From an uncultured Gemmatimonadales bacterium (GTDB lineage: Bacteria; Gemmatimonadota; Gemmatimonadetes; Gemmatimonadales; GWC2-71-9), in the NCBI GenBank assembly GCA_963748815.1, contig CAVVKJ010000005.1, positions 480,001 to 544,000 on the forward strand: 64,000 bases of DNA, written 5' to 3'. The notes below the pieces were generated by a model. That model saw nothing but the letters and a program-made list of their open reading frames with translations. It was not told the DNA's origin and did no database searches. Below, piece after piece: positions 41,397-52,700 of the stretch. Position numbers and translations under genes: made by a program. Position 1 is the first letter of the stretch. Every line of letters starts with the position of its first letter.

Positions 41397-43806
41397 ATGA
41401 CCACGATTCCCGACATCTTCGCCTCGATGGCGTACGGGCCCGCTCCCGAGTCCGCCAAGCCGGCCGAGGAGTGGCTGGCCCGGCATGGGGGGAGCTTCGG
41501 CCTGTTCATCGGCGGCGCATGGACGACGCCGGGCGAGTTGTTCGACACGGTCAACCCGGGGACGGGGCGACGCCTCGCCGGAGTGACACAGGCGACGGAC
41601 GCCGATGTGGACCGCGCCGTCGCCGCGGCGCGCGCCGCCCAGCCTGGCTGGTGGGCGCTGGGCGGGCACGGGCGCGCCCGGCACCTGTACGCGCTCGCGC
41701 GGGCGGTGCAGCGCAACGCGCGCCTGCTGTCGGTGCTGGAGTCCCTCGACAATGGCAAGCCGATTCGCGAGTCACGCGACATCGACATCCCGCTGGTGGC
41801 GCGGCACTTCTACCACCACGCCGGGTGGGCGCAGCTGATGGACCGGGAACTCCCCGGCATGGAACCGGTCGGCGTCGCGGGGCAGATCATCCCCTGGAAC
41901 TTTCCGATGCTGATGCTGGCCTGGAAAATCGCGCCGGCGCTCGCCATGGGGAACACGGTGGTGCTGAAGCCCGCGGAGTTCACGTCGCTGACGGCGCTGC
42001 TCTTTGCCGAACTGTGCAATGAGGCGGGGCTGCCTCCGGGGGTGGTCAACATCATCACCGGCGATGGTCGGACCGGCGCCGCCCTCGTGGCGCACCCCGG
42101 CGTGGACAAGATCGCGTTCACCGGCTCGACCGACGTCGGCCGCGTCATCCGGGTCGCCACGGCGGGGAGCGGCAAGAAGCTCTCGCTCGAGCTGGGCGGA
42201 AAGTCGCCCTTTCTCGTCTTCGACGACGCCGACCTCGACAGCGTGGTCGAGGGCGTCGTGGACGCGATCTGGTTCAACCAGGGGCAGGTCTGCTGCGCGG
42301 GGTCCCGGATCCTGGCGCAGGAGGGGATCGCGCCGAAGCTGGAAGCGCGCCTGAAGGCCCGGATGGAGACGCTCCGCGTGGGCGACCCGCTCGACAAGGC
42401 GATCGACATGGGGGCCATCATCGCGCCGGTGCAACTGGAAAAGATTCGCGAGCTGGTGGCGAGAGGGGAGGAGGAGGGCGCCCGGATGTGGCAGCCGTCG
42501 TGGAGCTGCCCGACGGAGGGGTTCTTCTACCCGCCGACCCTCTTCACCGACGTGGCCCCCTCCGCGACGGTGGCGCAGGTCGAGATCTTCGGGCCGGTCG
42601 TCGTGATGATGAGCTTCCGGACCCCGGCCGAGGCGGTCGAACTGGCCAACAACACCCGGTACGGCCTCGCCGCGAGCGTGTGGACCGAGAACATCAACCT
42701 CGCGCTCGACATCGCGCCGAAGGTGAAGGCCGGATCCGTCTGGATCAACTGCACGAACGTCTTCGATGCGGCCGCCGGGTTTGGCGGCTACCGCGAGAGC
42801 GGGTTCGGGCGCGAGGGGGGGAAGGAAGGGCTGTGGGAGTATGTGCGAGAGGCGCCCAGGCGGGGAAGCGGGGAAGCGGGGAAGTACATGACGCGCAGCG
42901 CGACACCCAAGTCGGGGGGCCGCTCCAGCCTCCGCGCTTTCCCGCGTCCCCGCGTCCCCGCCGATCGACCGCACCCCGAAGCTCTACATCGGCGGGGCGC
43001 AGGTGCGCCCCGATTCCGGTTACAGCCTGCCGGTGCACGATGCATCGGGCGCGCCGGCGGGGGAGGTGGGGCACGGCAACCGGAAGGACATCCGCAACGC
43101 CGTCGAGGCGGCGCACGCGGCGCGTGGCTGGGGACGGGCGACCGCGCACCTTCGGGCCCAGGTGCTGTACTACATCGCCGAGAATCTCGCTGCGCGTCGT
43201 GAGGAATTCGTGGGCCGCCTCGTCGACCTGACCGGGCGCACGAAAAGGCAGGGGCGCGACGAGGTCGAGCGGTCGCTGGCGCGCCTCTTCACCTATGCCG
43301 GGTGGGCGGACAAGTGGGATGGCCGCGTCCACCACACCCCGATCCGGAATGTGACCCTCGCGATGCCGGAGCCGCTGGGCGTCATGGCGGTGGTCTGTCC
43401 GGACGACTGGCCGCTGCTCGGTTTCCTCTCCACCACGATGCCACCGCTGGCAATGGGCAACGCCGTGGTGGCGGTGCCGTCCGGCCGCTGGCCGCTCCTT
43501 GCCACGGATCTCTACCAGGTGCTGGATACCTCCGACCTGCCCGGCGGCGCCCTCAACATCGTGACCGGGCCGCGCGAGGAGCTGGCCGCCGTGCTGGCCG
43601 CGCACGACGACGTCGACGCGATGTGGTACTGGGGTTCAGCCGCGGGGAGTGCGGAGGTGGAGCGGCTGTCGGCGGGCAACCTGAAGCAGACCTGGGTGGA
43701 TCACGGTCGGGGTGTTCGCTGGGAAACTCCCGCGGAGGGCGAGGGGGAGCGGTTCCTCCGCCGCGCCACCCAGATCAAGAACGTCTGGGTGCCTTACGGG
43801 GAGTAG
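41397..43806 (+). CDS. Two-domain aldehyde dehydrogenase with an apparent 1-nt insertion in the linker (G6 run ~42914-42919)
   Basis: IIPWNFP, LKPAE, FTGST, LELGGKSP, GQVCCAG, EIFGPV; second ALDH-like domain resumes at PIDRTPKLYIGG in another frame. Confidence 0.9.
42860..42961. repeat. Three GCGGGGAA octamers and three near-complementary octamers forming an inverted repeat in the ALDH linker
   Basis: GCGGGGAA at 42860, 42868, 42876; CTTTCCCGC-GTCCCCGC-GTCCCCGC at 42937-42961. Confidence 0.8.
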
Positions 43807-45385
43807 CGCGCTTCCGGGGCTTGGGGGCCGGCGCGAGTGACGCCGTGATCGTGATCTTCCGTCCGAGGACCCTCTGCAGCACATCCGCCTTGCGGCGCGC
43901 GGCCCAGCCCTCGAGGGCCATGTTGGCGCCGGCGCGTTTGGGCGTGATCCGCAGGACGAGTTTCTTGCGCGTCACTTCCGCCGACACCTGATCGACCACC
44001 GCGGTGTGCCCGCGATCCAGGCCGTCGGCGACCCGGAGCAGCCCGGTGACCCGGCGGACCAGCGCCTGATCATCAGGCGGCAGGGCCGCGAAGGGAAGGT
44101 CGGACTTCTTGGGACCGCGGCGGCGGTGGTAGCGGCTGACCAGCGCCACGAGCGAGCGTTCGCGGGCGCCCAGGCCGATGCGGTCGGCGTGCATGATCAG
44201 CTGGTAGCTGTGGCGGTGATGACTCTTGTAGCTGACGAGCTGGCCGACGTCGTGCAGGATGCTGGCGGCCTCGAGAATGTGCCGTTCTTCCGGCGTGCAC
44301 CCCACCGCTTCGCCGATCTGGTCGAACAGCGACAGGGCCAGCAGGCGGACCTGCTCGACGTGCTGGCGGTCGGTGCGGCAGCGGTCGGCAAATTCGCGGA
44401 CCAGCTGCATCGGGTCGACCGGCGGCGCGACGGCCGCGGATGCGCCCACCATCTCCCAGAGCAGCCCCTCGCGCAGGCCATACGCGCTGACCGTCACGCT
44501 GCCGGCGTCGAGGCGTTCGAGGAGCGCGGCAATGACGGTGAGCCCCGCCAGGATGATGTCGGCCCGCTCCGGATTGAGCCCCGCGACGCTCCGCCGCTGC
44601 AGCGCGGTGCGCGTCGAGAGCCACTCCAGCAGGTGCTCCACCTCGGCCACGGTGACCTCGATGCCGTGCACGGGCTCCGTGGGGTCGCCGCCCCGCCGGG
44701 CCACCGCCATCCTGCCGAGGTTGGTGAAAGTCCCGCCCGAACCGATGATCCGTGCGCCGGTCCACGCCCGCTTCGGCAGCTGCCGCGCGAGGCGCTTCCC
44801 CAGATGCTTGCGCAGCGCGCCGACCTCGCGGTGCTGCGCGCGTGTGCCCGGGATGAACTGCTCCGTCAGCCGGACCGCGCCGTAGGGCAGCGATCGGCTG
44901 AGCTCCACCAGTCCGTCGACCGCCCCCACCAATTCGAGGCTCCCGCCGCCGATGTCGGCGATCAGCGCCTTGGTGTTCTCGAGCCGGAAGTGGTGGCGGA
45001 CGGAGCGATAGGAGAGCTGGGCTTCGTGCTCGGTGCTGATGACCTGCAGGGGGAGTCCGATGTCGTCGCGGACGCGGCGCACGAACTCGTCGCCGTTCTT
45101 GGCCTCGCGCACCGCCGCGGTGGCCACGGCGGCGATGCGGGTGGCGCCCCGGCGCCGGGCCACGTCGGCCATGCGGCGGAGCGCAGCGAGGGCGCGCTCC
45201 ATGGCCGCGGGGTCGAGCCGGCCGGTGGCGGCGAGTCCCTGCGCGAGGCGGGGCTGGGCCTTGATCTCGTCGATCGGGGCCAGTCCCGAGCCCGGATCGT
45301 ACTCGGCGATCAGGAGCCGGATCGAATTCGAGCCCACGTCGATCGCGGCGAGCCGCTCGCGCCGACCCGGGCCGCGCCGCGTCAC
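43775..45385 (-). CDS. ppx: Exopolyphosphatase Ppx/GppA with HD domain
   Basis: AAIDVGSNSIRL, ATAAVREA, DIGGGSLE, GLREG, LHDVG, LRVADGLD. Confidence 0.95.
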   Translation of the reverse strand: MTRRGPGRRERLAAIDVGSNSIRLLIAEYDPGSGLAPIDEIKAQPRLAQGLAATGRLDPAAMERALAALRRMADVARRRGATRIAAVATAAVREAKNGDEFVRRVRDDIGLPLQVISTEHEAQLSYRSVRHHFRLENTKALIADIGGGSLELVGAVDGLVELSRSLPYGAVRLTEQFIPGTRAQHREVGALRKHLGKRLARQLPKRAWTGARIIGSGGTFTNLGRMAVARRGGDPTEPVHGIEVTVAEVEHLLEWLSTRTALQRRSVAGLNPERADIILAGLTVIAALLERLDAGSVTVSAYGLREGLLWEMVGASAAVAPPVDPMQLVREFADRCRTDRQHVEQVRLLALSLFDQIGEAVGCTPEERHILEAASILHDVGQLVSYKSHHRHSYQLIMHADRIGLGARERSLVALVSRYHRRRGPKKSDLPFAALPPDDQALVRRVTGLLRVADGLDRGHTAVVDQVSAEVTRKKLVLRITPKRAGANMALEGWAARRKADVLQRVLGRKITITASLAPAPKPRKRATPRKAPRRS

Positions 45386-46089
45386 CGCTTCGGCGCCCCG
45401 GCGGGCCAGGCGGCGTCTCCCACGTCTTCGGCGTGATGCTTGATCGACTTCCCTTCCACCAGGAAGACGACGTCCTCGCCGATGTTGGTCGCGAGGTCGG
45501 CCACCCGCTCCAGGTTGCGGCTGACCAGGAAGAGCTCCATCCCCGCGCCGATGGTGTGCGGGTCCTCCATCATGTGGGTGAGGAGGATCCGGAACACCGA
45601 CTTGTGCAGCACGTCCACCTTGTCGTCCCGCCGGCAGACCTCGCGCCCGGCCTGCGAATCGCCCCGGATGAAGGCCTCGAGCGCGTCGGAGAGCATGTCA
45701 CGCGCGAGGCGCGCCATCTCGACGATCTCGGGTTCCGGGGCGATGGCGCGCTGGTCCGCCAGGCGCAGCGCCGACTGCGCGATGTTCACGGCGTGGTCGC
45801 CCACCCGCTCGAGGTCGTTGGCGATCTTGAGGGCGGAGGTGAGCATGCGGAGGTCGCGCGCCATCGGCTGCTGCAGGGCCAGCAGGTTGATGCACATCTC
45901 CTCCAGCTCGACTTCCATCCGGTCGATGACCCGGTCGCCGTGGATCACCGTCTCGGCCTTGGCGCTGTCGCGCTCGAGCAGCGCGTCGACCGCGAGCCCC
46001 AGCGCCGCCTCCGCCTCGCCCGACATCGTCAGGAGGCGGATCTTGACCTGGCTCAGGTCGTCGTGAAAATGCCGGTGGGCCTCGGTCAT
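45382..46089 (-). CDS. phoU: Phosphate signalling protein PhoU
   Basis: [35 protein letters not shown]. Confidence 0.97.
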   Translation of the reverse strand: MTEAHRHFHDDLSQVKIRLLTMSGEAEAALGLAVDALLERDSAKAETVIHGDRVIDRMEVELEEMCINLLALQQPMARDLRMLTSALKIANDLERVGDHAVNIAQSALRLADQRAIAPEPEIVEMARLARDMLSDALEAFIRGDSQAGREVCRRDDKVDVLHKSVFRILLTHMMEDPHTIGAGMELFLVSRNLERVADLATNIGEDVVFLVEGKSIKHHAEDVGDAAWPAGAPKR

Positions 46090-46942
46090 CCGAATCTCCC
46101 CGTGATGTACGCCTCGGTGCGCTCCTGCACCGGCGCGGTGAAGAGCTGCTCGGTGTCGCCGAACTCGATCAGCTCGCCGCGGTCGAAGAAGCCGGTGTAG
46201 TCGGACACGCGCGCGGCCTGCTGCATGTTGTGCGTCACGATGACGATGGTGTAGTGCTGCTTCAGCTCGAAGATGAGTTCCTCGACCTTCTGGGTCGCGA
46301 TCGGGTCGAGCGCGGAACAGGGCTCGTCCATCAGCAGGACCTCGGGGGCGTTGGCCAGCGCGCGGGCGATGCAGAGCCGCTGCTGCTGCCCGCCGGAGAG
46401 CCCGGTGCCCGGTTCGTGGAGGCGGTCCTTCACCTCGTCCCAGAGGGCGGCCTGCCGCAGGCACCGCTCCACCAGTTCGGGGAGGTCCCGCCTCGAGCGC
46501 CAGCGCGGTTGACGGTCGGGCCGTAGGCCACGTTGTCGAAGATGGACTTCGGGAACGGGTTCGGGCGCTGGAACACCATGCCGATCCGCCGTCGCAGGTC
46601 CACGAGGTCCCGCCCGGGTCCGTAGATCGGCTGCCCGTCGAGCAGCAGGTCGCCGGAGTGGGTGACGTCGGGAAGCAGTTCGTGCATCCGGTTGATGGCC
46701 CGGAGGAAGGTGGACTTGCCGCAGCCCGACGGGCCGATGATGGCGGTGACGGCGTGCCGCTCCACGCTGAGCGAAATCCCCTTGAGCACTTCCGTCGCGC
46801 CGTAGGAGAAGCGAAAGTCCCGCGCTTCGACGACCGGCGCCCCGACCGGGTGGGTCCGTGCCGAATCCCGCCGCGGGGCGAGCGTCGGCCTGAGGCTGGC
46901 TGCATGCGGCATGGCCTTCCGTTCGACGAGGGTGGAGGTCAT
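46086..46942 (-). CDS. pstB: Phosphate ABC transporter ATPase, distal copy; frameshift near 46490-46510
   Basis: [48 protein letters not shown]. Confidence 0.92.
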
Positions 46943-47707
46943 CCGAACCGTCCGGTGATGTAGGCTTCGGTCTCTTCGCGCGCCGGCGAGGTGAACAGTT
47001 GCCGCGTGGCGCCCGACTCGACCATCCCGCCCAGGTAGAAGAAGGTGGTCGTGTCCGAGACCCGGGCGGCCTGCTGCATGTTGTGGGTCACGATGACGAT
47101 CGTGAACGCCTGCTTCAGCGTGAACAGCAGTTCCTCGATGCGCTGGGTGCCCTGCGGGTCGAGCGACGCGGTCGGCTCGTCGAGCAGGACGACCTCCGGC
47201 TTCGGGGCGATGGTGCGGGCGACGCAGAGCCGCTGCTGCTGCCCGCCGGAGAGGGCGAGGGCGCTGGTGCTGAGCCGGTCCTTGACCTCGTCCCAGAGCG
47301 CAGCGCCGCGCAGCGCCTCCTCGACGGTGACCGCCACCTCCGCCCGCGAGCGCCGCTGCCCCACCCGCAGTCCCGCCGCCACATTATCGAAGATGGACAT
47401 CGTCGGAAAGGGGGTGGGCTTCTGGAAGACCATCCCCACCCGGCGCCGCAACTGCATCGGGTTGACCTTGGCGGCGTAGACGTCCTTGCCGTCCAGCAGA
47501 ACGCGCCCCGTGATCCACCCCCCCGGCGTCAGCTCGTGCATCCGGTTCAGCGAGCGGAGGAAGGTGGACTTGCCGCAGCCGGAGGGCCCGATCAGGGCGT
47601 GGACCCGGTTGCGCCGTGAAGCCGAGCGTCACGTCCTTCACGGCGGTGACCTTGCCGTACATGGCGCTCAGTCGCTCGGTGGCAATATGGGCCAGGGGCT
47701 CAGCCAT
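46939..47707 (-). CDS. pstB: Phosphate ABC transporter ATPase, proximal copy; frameshift near 47611
   Basis: [36 protein letters not shown]. Confidence 0.92.
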
Positions 47708-48546
47708 GATGGGTGAACTTCCGCCGCGTCGCCAGCCGCGCAGCGATGCTGAGCACCAGGACGACCAGGATCAGCACCAGCGCCGTGGCCCACGCCAGCT
47801 GGTGCCACTCCTCGTACGGACCGGTGGCGTAGGTGAACACCACCAGCGGCAGGGCCGCCATCGGCTGGTCGAGGTTGAAGGAGAGATACTGGCTTGCCGA
47901 GCGCCGTGAAGAGGAGCGGGGCGGTTTCGCCGGCGACGCGCGCCACCGCCAGCAGGCTGCCGGTCACGATGCCGGGGAGTGTCGTCCGCACCACGACGGT
48001 CAGGCTGGTCCGCCACCGCGAGTACCCGAGCGCGAGCGCCGCCTCGCGGAGCGAGTGCGGCACCAGCTTGATCATCTCTTCCGTGGTGCGGGTCACCATC
48101 GGGATCATGAGAATGGCGAGCGCCACGCTGCCCGCCAGCGCCGAGAAGTGCTTCTGCGAGGCGACGATCCAGGTCCAGGCGAAGACGCCGACCACGATCG
48201 ACGGGGTGCCGTTCAGCACGTCCGACACGAACCGGGTGAGCGTGGCTAGCCGGGAGCCGGGGTACTCGGCGCAGTAGATGCCCGCCCCGATGCCGAGGGG
48301 GAGGCCGATGAGGCAGGCGGTGCCCACGATCATCAGGGTGCCGACGATGGCGTGCATGACCCCGCCGCCGGTCTCGCCGGCTGGCACGGGCAGCTTGGTG
48401 AAGAAGGCGAGATTCAGGCTGCCGGCGCCCTTCACGGCGAGCGTGCCGAGGATGAGCAGGAGCGGCAGGACGGCCAGCACCACGGCCAGTCCCATGAGAC
48501 CGACCATGACATGGCTCCGGCGGCGGCGGGCGGCGGCGCGGTTCAT
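47700..48546 (-). CDS. pstA: Phosphate ABC transporter permease; frameshift near 47893
   Basis: GTPSIVVG, LREAALALG, ARVAGETAPLLFT; C-terminus continues in another frame as LPLVVFTYA...AWATAL. Confidence 0.92.
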
Positions 48547-49504
48547 GCCGACTTCCCCCCGCCGTCCCGGGCGACGCGCCAGATGAGCAGCCGGGCCGCC
48601 GCGTTGATCAGGACCGTCACCACGAAGAGCGTCAGCGCCACGTACGACAGCGCCGACAGATGGCATGTTCTCCACCGCCTCGGCGAACTCATTGGCGATG
48701 GCGGCGGCCATCGTGTACCCCGGGGCGAAGAGCGACGCGGCGATTTCATGCCGATTGCCGATGACCATCGTGACGGCCATCGTTTCGCCGAGCGCACGGC
48801 CGAGCCCGAGGATGACGGCGCCGATGATGCCCGACCGGGCGTAAGGGAGCACGGCCCCGGTCAGCGCCTCCCATCGCGTGGCGCCCAGCGCCATCGCGGC
48901 CTCGCGCTGGGTGTTCGGAACCGCCAGCAGCACCTCCCGCGACACCGACATGATGTACGGCATGACCATGATGGCCAGGATGATCGCGGCCGAGAGCATC
49001 GCCGGGGCCGTAGATCGGTCCCTGGAAGAAGGGGAGGAATCCGAGGGTGTCCTTCAGGAACGGATAGACGGTGGCGCGGAGGAACGGGATCATCACGAAG
49101 ATGCCCCAGAGTCCGTACACCACGCTCGGAATGGCGGCCAGGAGCTCGATGAGGAAGGCGACGGGGCCGCGGATCTTCATCGGCGCGAATTCGGTCAGGT
49201 AGATCGCGACGCCCAGCGACAGCGGGACGGCAATCAACAGCGCGAGCGCTGAGCTGACGACGGTGCCGAAGATCAGCGGGAGGGCGCCGAAGCGGCCTTC
49301 GACCGGGTCCCATTCACTGCTGGTGAGGAAGCCGAAGCCGAACTCGTGGATGGCCTCCCGGGACCCGACCCACAGCTCCCAGACCAGGAAGCCGAGAAGG
49401 ACCGGCACCGCGAGGGCGGCGACCGTCAGCAACGCCTTGAACAGGCGATCGCCGAACCGGGCACCACCCAGCGTCTGTTCCGGGGCTGGATTCGAATCAT
49501 CCAT
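48543..49504 (-). CDS. pstC: Phosphate ABC transporter permease; frameshifts near 49003 and 48663
   Basis: WDPV..FGALPLIFGT, LLAAIPSVVYGLWG, REAAMALGATRWE, GRALGETMAV. Confidence 0.92.
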
Positions 49505-49539
49505 AGCGCGGGAACCTACCGGCGGACGGTGGGCGGACG

Positions 49540-49567
49540 GTCACGGCCGTGTAACGGGAGTGTCACG
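49540..49567. promoter_or_regulatory. Putative Pho box upstream of pstC
   Basis: GTCACG 49540, GTAACG 49551, GTCACG 49562 (11-bp period); -10-like TAGGTT on minus strand at 49518-49513. Confidence 0.78.
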
Positions 49568-49754
49568 ACGGCTCGTCCTGAGGGCAGGGGGATTGCTCGG
49601 ATTCCACGATTTGCCTTGCGCGATCGATTTTCGGGCCGCAGGTTGGCAAGTGGGCCTCGCTCAAGCAGTTCGAGTCGATCTCCTGGCGGCGATCCCAGCC
49701 GAGACGACCACGCCGGAAGTCCATGCGCCCCGATGTCCCTATTGGTGAGGATTG

Positions 49755-52700
49755 ATGCCAGTTCGGCCGCACCCACCCAAGAAGAACTTCCGTCACTCGG
49801 TGCTGCTGGCCGTGGGGTTGGCCGCGGCGTGCACAGCGGATCCGTCCACGGGACCGGTACCCCAGGACCGGATCTCGGCGGTGGTCCTTACAGCGCCGAG
49901 CCAATACCTGGCACCCGGCGACACCGTCCGGTTCACGGTCCAAGTCATGGATTCCAACGGACGCGTCCTGCCGGACGAGCCGGTGACGTGGACCAGCAGC
50001 ACGCCCAGCGTCGCCCGCGTCAATGGCGAGGGACTGGTCACGGCCGATTCCGTCGGCGCGACCACGATCACCGCCACCGCGGGCGGCAAGCACGGAACCG
50101 CGGATCTCGCGGTGCAGGTCTTCGAACTCTGCGACTGCACCCGCATTCTCGACTCCACGGCCATGACGCTGGTCTCACGCGACGACAGCACCGGGCGGTA
50201 CGTCTTCCGGGTCGTTCGGGGACCCGCGCCTTCCATCGTGCCCGGCGACATCGTGGTGGGGGCCCAGGGCGTGGGGTACATCCGGCGGGTGGAGCAAAGT
50301 TCGCTCGTTGGAGACGTGCTCACGCTGGAGACGGCGCAGGCGTATGTCGAGGAGGCGGTGCGCGACGGCGGATTCGCCACCACGGCGTACACCGACGATC
50401 CAAGCGGCGCTCCCGCTCCGGGTCGGGGTGCCTGGGTGGGCCCCTGGACCACAACGTACATGGCGCCCGGCGTGCGGCTCAACCGCGCAGGGCTTTGTTG
50501 CACGATGGACGGCCTGTCGATCGGCATCAAGATCGCCCAGGGGCCGGTTGCTGGCTCCGTCGACTTCACGGTCAAGCAGGGTGGCATCGAGTTCTCCCCG
50601 AGGGCAGATATTGGCGCCCGGGTGAGCTGGTTTCAGCTCAAGGAATTCCACTCGATTTTCCAGGGCAACCTTGGCCTCGATCTTCAGGAGTACGAGCTCA
50701 AGGTCGCTCTCACCGGGTCCACAAACGTCACGGAGAAGCTCAGCAAGGAGAGCAAGAGCTTCCTGATTCAACAGCGCCCCTACGCCACGTTCATCGGGCC
50801 GATGCCGGTGCTGATCATCTTCACCAAGAAGCTCTCGCTCGAGATCACGCCGACAGTCAGTGCGAGCGTGACCTTCACGGGCAAGTACCATTCGGGTATC
50901 GCCCTCTCCGCCGGCGTTCGCTGGGCTGATGGCGGGGGTTGGACCCCGGTCTCCAGTGCCACGCCCTACGATACGGCGATTGCCCCGCAGTTTCAGGGCG
51001 TCGAGGGCTCGGCGTCGGTGAAGATCGCCGTCGTCCCCGAATACAACATGCTCATTTACGGTGCGGTGGGGCCATTCGTGAACCTGGAGCCCTTCGCCGA
51101 ACCGGCAGCCTCGGCCGGTTTCACGTTCGCGAATGGCTCCGCCACCGGCCTGAATTGGGCCACGAAGGTCGCAATCGGACTCAATCTCAACATGGGGGCG
51201 AAGCTCTCGGTCTTCGGCCGCAAGGACCTCTTCCAGGTCGGGTTCGCCATCCCGCTCGTGAAACCGCTCGATCTCATCCGGGACTTCAGCGACGGACCCC
51301 TGACGGTTCGAGCAGAGGCAATCGGGCAGGACCTCCCCGCCTCGTTGGGGGTCAGGCTTCGGCCGGCATTCACGGACAAACTCCCGCTTACGGGGCGCCG
51401 GGATCTGTCGACATCGACTCGCGACACGCTGGTGGCGGCCAACGACTCGGTCACCCTCGACCGGATTCGCTCGGGGACAGGGTTCCCTCATCAGTTGACG
51501 CTGACAAACATCCCCGGCAACTGCTACGACTCGCTCGCCAACCCGGATACCGTCTCGATTCGGTCGGCAGCCTTTGTTGCGCTCGGGAATGCCTCCACTG
51601 CTGCGAGGTTCCTGGTCAACTGCATCCCCCTCGGCGGCGTGCGGGTCGCGGCGGTGACGACGGGACCGGATGCCCCTTCCCGCTATGCGGTGACACTCCT
51701 CCGCCGTGACACCGTCGGCGTGGGGAGGGCCACGACGGCCGAGACGGTGAGCGTTTCAGGCGGGCTGGCCGCGTCGGACACCATCCTCGAGGACTTCGTC
51801 CCCCGGAATACCCGCCGAGGGGGCACGGGCCGACTCGACGCGACCCTGAATCCGGGGCGACGGAACTGCGCGGTCGCCCTGCCGACCACCCACCAACTCG
51901 TGGTCCAATCCGGAGACACCGTCTCGTCCCAGTTCCTCGTCACGTGCGTCCCACTCGGGCTGGTCCGCCTTCAGACGACGACGGTGGATGCAGATGCGGG
52001 CCCGACCTCCGATCCCGTGGAGTTTGTCTCGTCCCTGACCCCGCAGGCCCCCGTCGACACGGTCGCGACGCCGCCAGGCCCCCTCGCGGCCAACGGCAGC
52101 GAGCTCGTGAGTGGCCTGGTGCCGCTCTACAATGCCAGCGGGGCCCCAGGGCGCTACACCGCAGGATTGGGCGATGCGCCGAATCGGTGCACGGAGCCGG
52201 GGACATTCACCCGCACGGTCACGGTCTTCCCCGGCGATACGGCCACGGCGTCGTTCCTCGTGGCATGCGTGGAGCGGCTCCACGTGGTCACACAGACCAC
52301 TGGGCCGGGCACCGACCCGGACGGATACCGTATCGTCGTGGAGAACGATGACGGCTCCGCGGACACCGTGGGGACGGCGATCACCAGCGCCGTAGGCATC
52401 GCGGGCGTCGTGCCGGGCGCCCACGTCGTACGACTGGCTGGGGTCGAGTCGAGCTGCGTCGCACCGGCGCCCGCGAACGTGGTGGTGGATGGCAGGGATT
52501 CGACGCGCGTCACGTTCCACGTCAGCTGTCCGGCTCCGCCCCAACCCACCGGGCTGGTCGCCACGTTGATCGACAGCAACCGCATTGACCTTGGCTGGAC
52601 ACCGGTGCCGCCCGCCACACCCGTCGCCCTGTATCGAGTCTATCGCGCCGGCGTCCTCCACGATTCGACGGTCGCCGCGGCGTACAGCGATCCCGGGTTG

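Noticed and set aside
45382..46905. 507-aa ORF suggesting a long N-terminal extension on PhoU
   Set aside because: The extension is an off-frame read of pstB; PhoU starts at 46089
46086..47707. Tandem pstB copies as a novelty
   Set aside because: Two pstB genes in one pst operon are already known, e.g. in Bacillus subtilis
47668..48999. Apparent PstC-PstA fusion ORF in the track
   Set aside because: Produced by frameshifts; the normal pstC stop and pstA ATG overlap at 48543-48546
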